20,311 nt of DNA from Planctomycetota bacterium. GTDB lineage: Bacteria > Planctomycetota > MHYJ01 > WSZJ01. The notes under the pieces are model-generated. The model was not told where the DNA came from. It saw only the letters and a program-made list of their open reading frames with translations, and searched no databases. Where the stretch lies: the NCBI GenBank assembly GCA_038060895.1, contig JBBTCT010000019.1:1-20311 (forward strand). Direction: 5' to 3'. Position 1 is the first letter of the stretch, and each line of letters starts with the position of its first letter. Below are positions 15,606 to 20,311 of this stretch, piece by piece. The position numbers and the translations under genes are program-made.

Positions 15606-16676
15606 ATGCCACCTCGCATCCTCTTCCTCACCGGCGGCAGGAACACACCCGCCTCTCGCTTCCGCGTGCACCAGTACCTGCCGCGCCTGCGCGCGGACGG
15701 ATGGGACGCGGTCGTGCGCCCCTGCGAGCCCGGCATGTACGAGTGGCCGGACGGCTCCGGGTTCTTCGGGAAGTTCCGGCGGTTCCGGGCGCTCGCGAAA
15801 AAGGTCGCGCACCAGAAGCGCTCCATGCGCGATGCCGCGAAGTTCGATCTCGTCTACGTCGAGCGCGAGCTGATGCCGTATATGTCGCCGCGGCTCGAAC
15901 GCCGGCTCGCTTCACGAAACAAAAACATCATCTACGACCTCGACGACGCGGTCTTCCTCAAGTACGGCCAGAGCGAGCCGAACCCGATCGCCGAAGTCAT
16001 GCGCGCTTCGCACACCGTCATCGCGGGGAACCAGTGGCTCCTCGAGTGGGCGCTCCCCCACAACCCCAACGCCCACATGATCCCGACCCCGATTGACACG
16101 GACGCCTGGAAGCCGGACTGGACGAAGCCGGACACCATGCCCGACGGCCGCGAACGGTCGCTCGTCGTCGTCTGGACGGGGACGTCCGGAAATCTCCCGA
16201 TGCTGAAGCCAGTCGCAACCGCGCTCGCCCGCGCCCGCGAACGCGCCCCCCGGATGGCCTTCCGCGTCGTCTGCGACCGCCCTCCCCCGGACGACCTGTT
16301 CCCCGGCTGCCAGTTCGTCCCCTGGCACGCGGACGCCGAAATCAAATCCGTCCAAAGCGCCGACATCGGCCTCATGCCGCTCCCCGACGACTCGTGGTCG
16401 AAGGGCAAGTGCGGGTTCAAGCTGCTGCAGTACATGGCGTGCGGCCTGCCGAGCCTCGCGAGCCCCGTCGGCGTGAACGCCGAGGTGCTTGACGAGGGTT
16501 GCGGTTACTGCGTGCGGTCAACGGAGGAATGGGAAGAAGCGCTCGTTCGGTTGCTCATGGACCCCGCGCTCCGCGTCGAAATGGGCCGCAAGGCGCGAAA
16601 GCGCGCGGAGGAGCGGTATTCGGTGGGGGCGCTGTACCCGCAATGGAAGGCGGCTCTGGAGTCGGCGCTGACTTGA
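15606..16676 (+). CDS. Glycosyltransferase family 4 (GT-B) protein
   Basis: ASRFRVHQYLP, IIYDLDDAVF, VIAGNQWL, VVWTGT, ADIGLMPL, GKCGFKLLQYMACGLP..ASPVGVN. ATG 15606 is preferred; ATG 15576 is possible. Confidence 0.9.
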   Translation: MPPRILFLTGGRNTPASRFRVHQYLPRLRADGWDAVVRPCEPGMYEWPDGSGFFGKFRRFRALAKKVAHQKRSMRDAAKFDLVYVERELMPYMSPRLERRLASRNKNIIYDLDDAVFLKYGQSEPNPIAEVMRASHTVIAGNQWLLEWALPHNPNAHMIPTPIDTDAWKPDWTKPDTMPDGRERSLVVVWTGTSGNLPMLKPVATALARARERAPRMAFRVVCDRPPPDDLFPGCQFVPWHADAEIKSVQSADIGLMPLPDDSWSKGKCGFKLLQYMACGLPSLASPVGVNAEVLDEGCGYCVRSTEEWEEALVRLLMDPALRVEMGRKARKRAEERYSVGALYPQWKAALESALT

Positions 16677-16813
16677 TACCGGCGGCGCTCCGCCGGCGTA
16701 GAATCCGGGGAAGGACGGCTGTTTTCTACTCACAACCAGGCGCCTGCTGGTGCTCAAGCCTGGGCCTCAACCAGGCCGATAAATCTCCGGAGAAACTTCA
16801 TTCGGAGAGGGCC

Positions 16814-18004
16814 ATGCGCTACGTCTACGCCTTGATTTTGGCCGGCCTGCTGGCCGGATGTTCGTCGATGGACAAGGACTACTCGCGGCCCCTTCCGCCC
16901 GGGAAAATGGCGCTCGAGAAGATCACCGACCCGGCGCAGTACCCTGATTTTGCCGCGGGGTGGAACGACCGGGACTCGCTGCTGGCGGCGATCGACTACA
17001 GCCTGTCTTACTACGGGAAGCCGTCTTCGCAGAAATACTTCCCTTACCTCGACATCTCGCACGAGCGCGCGGTTGCCAGCCTCCACGCGATGAAGGAGCT
17101 TGTCCAGACATGTCAGTCCGGATCTGAACTGAACGCGCGCATCGCCGCGGATTTCGACGTTTACCGGTCGGTCGGTTGGGACGGCTCCGGCGAAATGCTC
17201 TTCACAGGGTACTGCGAACCGATCTACGAAGCGTCCCTGACGCGCACGGACCAATTCCGCTTTCCGCTCTATGGAAGACCCGACGAGCTGGTCAAGGACG
17301 ACGAAGGGTTTCCGATCGGCTGGCGGCGCGCGGACGGGACGATCGGCCGGAGCCCGCGGCGGGTGGATTTTGACGGCGGGTGCCTGGCGGGACGCGGGCT
17401 TGAGATCGCCTGGCTTGCCGACCCGATGGACGTGTACGTCATCCAGGTGCAGGGCTCGGCGCGGCTGAAGCTGGAGGACGGATCGGTGTTCCAGATCGGG
17501 TACGCGGGCAAGACGGAATATTCGTACGGCTCGATCGGGAAGGCGCTGATCCGGGACAAGAAGCTGGACAAGAAAAACCTCTGCCTGCGTGCGATCCGGC
17601 AGCACTTCAAGGATCACCCCGAAGACCTCAACCGGTATCTCCAGGTCAACGACTGCTACGTCTTCTTCCGCGAAGCGGAGGGCGGGCCGTTCGGGTCGCT
17701 CGGCGTGAAGGTCACGCCCTTCCGGTCGATCGCCACGGACAAGTCCGTGTTCCCCCGCGGCGGCGTCGCCTTCCTGGTCAGCACCCTTCCTTCAATGAAC
17801 GGCCCTGAGCGCAGCGGAAGCCAGCAGTTCGCGCAGTTCCTGATGGACCAGGACACGGGCGGCGGGATCCGGAGCGCGGGACGCGCGGATATCTTCATCG
17901 GAACCGGCCTGGACGCGGAGCTCATGGCCGGATCGATGAGCGACGAAGGGCGGCTTTACTATGTTTTCCTCAAGGAAGTGACGTCCGAGGTTGCCGAGAA
18001 GTAA
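16814..18004 (+). CDS. mltA: Membrane-bound lytic murein transglycosylase A (lipoprotein, 396 aa)
   Basis: ATG 16814 after GGAGAGG; lipobox LLAG-C. Motifs FTGYCEP, PLYGRP, IQVQGSARL, YVFF, GSLGV..TP.RSIATD, QDTGGGI, RADIFIG (3D domain). Confidence 0.92.
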   Translation: MRYVYALILAGLLAGCSSMDKDYSRPLPPGKMALEKITDPAQYPDFAAGWNDRDSLLAAIDYSLSYYGKPSSQKYFPYLDISHERAVASLHAMKELVQTCQSGSELNARIAADFDVYRSVGWDGSGEMLFTGYCEPIYEASLTRTDQFRFPLYGRPDELVKDDEGFPIGWRRADGTIGRSPRRVDFDGGCLAGRGLEIAWLADPMDVYVIQVQGSARLKLEDGSVFQIGYAGKTEYSYGSIGKALIRDKKLDKKNLCLRAIRQHFKDHPEDLNRYLQVNDCYVFFREAEGGPFGSLGVKVTPFRSIATDKSVFPRGGVAFLVSTLPSMNGPERSGSQQFAQFLMDQDTGGGIRSAGRADIFIGTGLDAELMAGSMSDEGRLYYVFLKEVTSEVAEK

Positions 18005-18022
18005 GCGCGCAAGTCTTTCCTG

Positions 18023-18064
18023 ATGAAATCGCGGGCCTCCGACAAGGAGGCCCGTTTCATTTCC
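18023..18064 (+). terminator. Intrinsic terminator-like hairpin after mltA
   Basis: Stem CGGGCCTCC (18032-18040), loop GACAA, stem GGAGGCCCG (18046-18054), followed by TTTCATTTCC. Flanking ATGAAA/TTTCAT can extend the stem. Confidence 0.7.
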
Positions 18065-18141
18065 TGCGCGCCCTTCCGCTATGGCTGCGCAAATTCCCTC
18101 GGCACCCTCGCGGTTCCACCCCAGGTGTGGCTCGGCGGAGG

Positions 18142-18156
18142 CGGCACGGCGGTTGC
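18142..18156 (+). promoter_or_regulatory. sigma54 (-24/-12) promoter upstream of ric
   Basis: CGGCACGGCGGTTGC matches YGGCACG-N4-TTGC with exact GG-N10-GC spacing; it ends 34 nt before ATG 18191; SD GGAGG at 18179-18183. Confidence 0.7.
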
Positions 18157-18190
18157 CGTACTGTCGGGGAATCCTTCCGGAGGTCCACCC

Positions 18191-18898
18191 ATGAACGCCA
18201 CCGTCGATCCTGCCCGTTCCCTCGCCGACCTGGTCACCGAGCGCGAATCCCGCGGCGACATCCTTGAGAAATTCGGCCTCGATTTCTGCTGCGGCGGGCG
18301 CAAGTCCCTCCGCGACGCCTGCAGCGAGTCCCGGATTTCCCTTCCGGACGTCGTCCGCGCGCTGGATCGCAACGACGCGACGCCGCCACCGGCCGGAGCC
18401 GTGATCGACTGGCGAAAGGCCCCCCTGCGCGACTTCCTGGACCACATCGTCGGCACTCACCACGTTTACCTGCGGCATGCCCTTCCGGCTCTTCAGCTGA
18501 AGGTCGATAAAGTCGCCCAGGTCCACGGCGAGCGACACACGGAACTCTGGAACGTCCGCGAGATCTTCTCAAAGCTCAAGATGGAGCTGGAAACGCACCT
18601 CGCGAAGGAAGAGGACGTCGTATTCCCTGCCATCCGCAGGATGGAAGCCGGCATCCCGCTTCCGGAGTCGGCGATGTGCGAACTGGAGGATGAGCATCAG
18701 AAGGTCGGCGACGCCCTCCACGAAATCCGGCGGATCACGAATTCATATCGCGCGCCGGCGGATGCGTGCCCGACGTACCGGGCGATGCTCTCGGACCTGG
18801 CGGCGCTGGAAGCGGACACCCACCACCATGTGCACAAGGAGAACAACGTCCTCCTGCCGCGGGCGAGGGGCGCGGCGCGGAAGGCTGCCGGGCGCTGA
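18191..18898 (+). CDS. ric: Iron-sulfur cluster repair di-iron protein (Ric/YtfE/ScdA, 235 aa)
   Basis: Start reassigned to ATG 18191. ScdA_N motif GLDFCCGG; hemerythrin motifs HIVGTHHVYLR, HLAKEEDVVFP, LEDEHQ, HHHVHKENNVL. Confidence 0.95.
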   Translation: MNATVDPARSLADLVTERESRGDILEKFGLDFCCGGRKSLRDACSESRISLPDVVRALDRNDATPPPAGAVIDWRKAPLRDFLDHIVGTHHVYLRHALPALQLKVDKVAQVHGERHTELWNVREIFSKLKMELETHLAKEEDVVFPAIRRMEAGIPLPESAMCELEDEHQKVGDALHEIRRITNSYRAPADACPTYRAMLSDLAALEADTHHHVHKENNVLLPRARGAARKAAGR

Positions 18899-18928
18899 AG
18901 AGACCGCCGCCGTGTAAGATCCCGGGAC

Positions 18929-20311
18929 ATGCGACGAGAAGGATGGCTCTCTGCAGTTCCCCTCGCGACTCTCGTCGCGGCGATCCTTGCGGCGGCCGCG
19001 CAGGCGCCTGCTCCCCCGCCTCGAGAACTCCACTTCGACGGGAAGCGCGCATTCGCGGACCTCGAGGCGTTCGTGGGAGCGTTCGGCCCGCGCCCGGCGA
19101 GGTCGAGCCGATCGCGGGATGTCGCCAGGTGGATCCGCGACCGGTTTGAGAAGGACGGCGTCGCCGCGCGCGTTTCCTCCGGCTACGTGCGGGGCGATCC
19201 GGTGGTCAATACGCTCGCGATGTTCCCGGGTTCGACAAGCCGCTTCCTGGTCGTCCTGGGACACCACGATTCCGTCCCCGGCGCCCCGGGCGCAGAGGAC
19301 AACGCTTCGGCCGTCGCCGCACTCTTCGAGCTCGCGAGGGCCCTGAAAGGCGTGCCGCTGCGGCACTCGGTCATCCTCTGCGCCACCGACGCCGAGGAAA
19401 CGGGAGGTGCGGGGGCGGAACTGCTCCTCTTCGACCTCGGCAAGGAACGCGTCGAGATGACCGATGCGTGCATCGGCCTCGAAATGCTCGCGTGGCCGGG
19501 GGGCGCGCCGGTCATGCACGCGCTTCCGCGCAACTACGCCGCGGAGGCGAAGCGCTACGTGCCGGGCTCCATGCCCGCGGTCATGGCCGCTGCCTCGCCG
19601 GAAGCGCTCCCGCTCGGGGATCCGCGCTTTCCGCTGCTGGCCCAGGCCTTCACACGCACGAGTTCGGCGGGGACGGGAAGCGACGACATTTTTTTTGCGC
19701 AGCAGGGCGTCCCGGCGCTGTTCCTGTCGCGGTCGTCGCTTTCGCATTTCTACCCGCACTACCACAAGGAGTCGGACACTCCGGACAAGCTGTCGGCGGA
19801 GGCGCTCCACTCCAGCGGACGGATTCTGGAAAGCGCGCTGCTCGCTCTCGACGAATTGCCGCCGTCGCGCGATCACGGCCGCGACTACCTGCTCGTTCGC
19901 TCGATGCTGTTTCCGCAGCGGCTCATCGCGCTGGCGGCCCTCGGGCCGATGGTGGCGTGTGCCGCGCTGGCGCTCTGGAAACGCCGCGCGGACCGCGCGC
20001 TGTCCATCGCCGCGGGATTCGCGGCTCTTCCCTGCCTCAGCGTCGCGCTGCGTTTTCAGCCGCTGGTGCTGCTCGCCTGCTGGCTGCCGGCGGCGGTCCT
20101 GCCGCTCGTTGCGATGGCCCCGAAGCGGTGGGCGCGCCTCGTGACGGCCGGGATCGGCGCGCTCCCGGCGCTTCTCCTTGTGATCCTCTACGGCGCCGGC
20201 GCGGCGATGTTCGGCGTTCGCATCGGCTGGAGCGACGGAGTCCCGCTCCTCGTTACGGGCGCCATGTCCCTCGGCGCCGTCGCCGTCGCCACGCGCGGCC
20301 TGCGGGAAGCT
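18929..20311 (+). CDS. M28 family metallopeptidase with signal peptide and C-terminal multi-TM region; 3'-truncated, not in the ORF track
   Basis: Manual translation from ATG 18929: MRREGWLSAVPLATLVAAIL..., FDGKRAF, GPRPA, LGHHDSVPGAPGAEDNASAVAALFELAR, TDAEE, GLEML, GSDD, YHKESDTPDKL, then hydrophobic helices. No stop before the window end. Confidence 0.88.
   Translation, partial: MRREGWLSAVPLATLVAAILAAAAQAPAPPPRELHFDGKRAFADLEAFVGAFGPRPARSSRSRDVARWIRDRFEKDGVAARVSSGYVRGDPVVNTLAMFPGSTSRFLVVLGHHDSVPGAPGAEDNASAVAALFELARALKGVPLRHSVILCATDAEETGGAGAELLLFDLGKERVEMTDACIGLEMLAWPGGAPVMHALPRNYAAEAKRYVPGSMPAVMAAASPEALPLGDPRFPLLAQAFTRTSSAGTGSDDIFFAQQGVPALFLSRSSLSHFYPHYHKESDTPDKLSAEALHSSGRILESALLALDELPPSRDHGRDYLLVRSMLFPQRLIALAALGPMVACAALALWKRRADRALSIAAGFAALPCLSVALRFQPLVLLACWLPAAVLPLVAMAPKRWARLVTAGIGALPALLLVILYGAGAAMFGVRIGWSDGVPLLVTGAMSLGAVAVATRGLREA

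Noticed and set aside
16673-16704. TTGATA...TAGAAT as a sigma70 promoter for mltA, around hairpin CCGGCGG-CGCT-CCGCCGG
   Set aside because: The spacer is 20 nt, too long, and the 7-bp hairpin has no U-tract; not enough support for either a promoter or a terminator.
16499-16813. N-terminal extension of mltA (501 aa call)
   Set aside because: It overlaps the GT4 gene; the SD and lipoprotein signal peptide identify ATG 16814 as the start.
18023-18190. Upstream start for ric (291 aa call) and CTGCGC direct repeats 21 bp apart as enhancer sites
   Set aside because: The extension runs through a terminator and promoter, and the SD supports 18191. A 6-bp GC-rich repeat is expected by chance here.
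18743-20144. 377-aa minus and 226-aa plus ORFs at the right end
   Set aside because: Shadows of the M28 peptidase frame starting at 18929.

Overview
Very high-GC bacterial chromosomal window, probably from a Planctomycetota-like organism (inferred from the DUF1570-type zincin and the PQQ-propeller/TPR protein style). In order it holds: a 5'-truncated PQQ-propeller/HEAT/TPR protein; a tRNA(CAT) on the minus strand; a DUF6941-like protein; a secreted 11-residue-repeat helical protein; a TDO-like + kynureninase-like pair (minus); a hypothetical lipoprotein; a full-length P1B-ATPase homologue lacking every catalytic motif; a cysC-PHP-cysH cluster with an Rrf2/IscR-like operator; a GH35 glycosidase (minus); a DUF1570-like peptidase; a GT4 glycosyltransferase; mltA; ric behind a sigma54-like promoter; and a 3'-truncated membrane-anchored M28 peptidase. 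No integrase, transposase or CRISPR array was seen. The most notable observations are the pseudo-P-type ATPase, a PHP phosphatase in the usual CysQ position, a TDO with a non-canonical active-site loop, and several intergenic miniature inverted-repeat elements, most built from 7- or 9-nt units. All family calls come from motif recognition by eye; no database searches were run.
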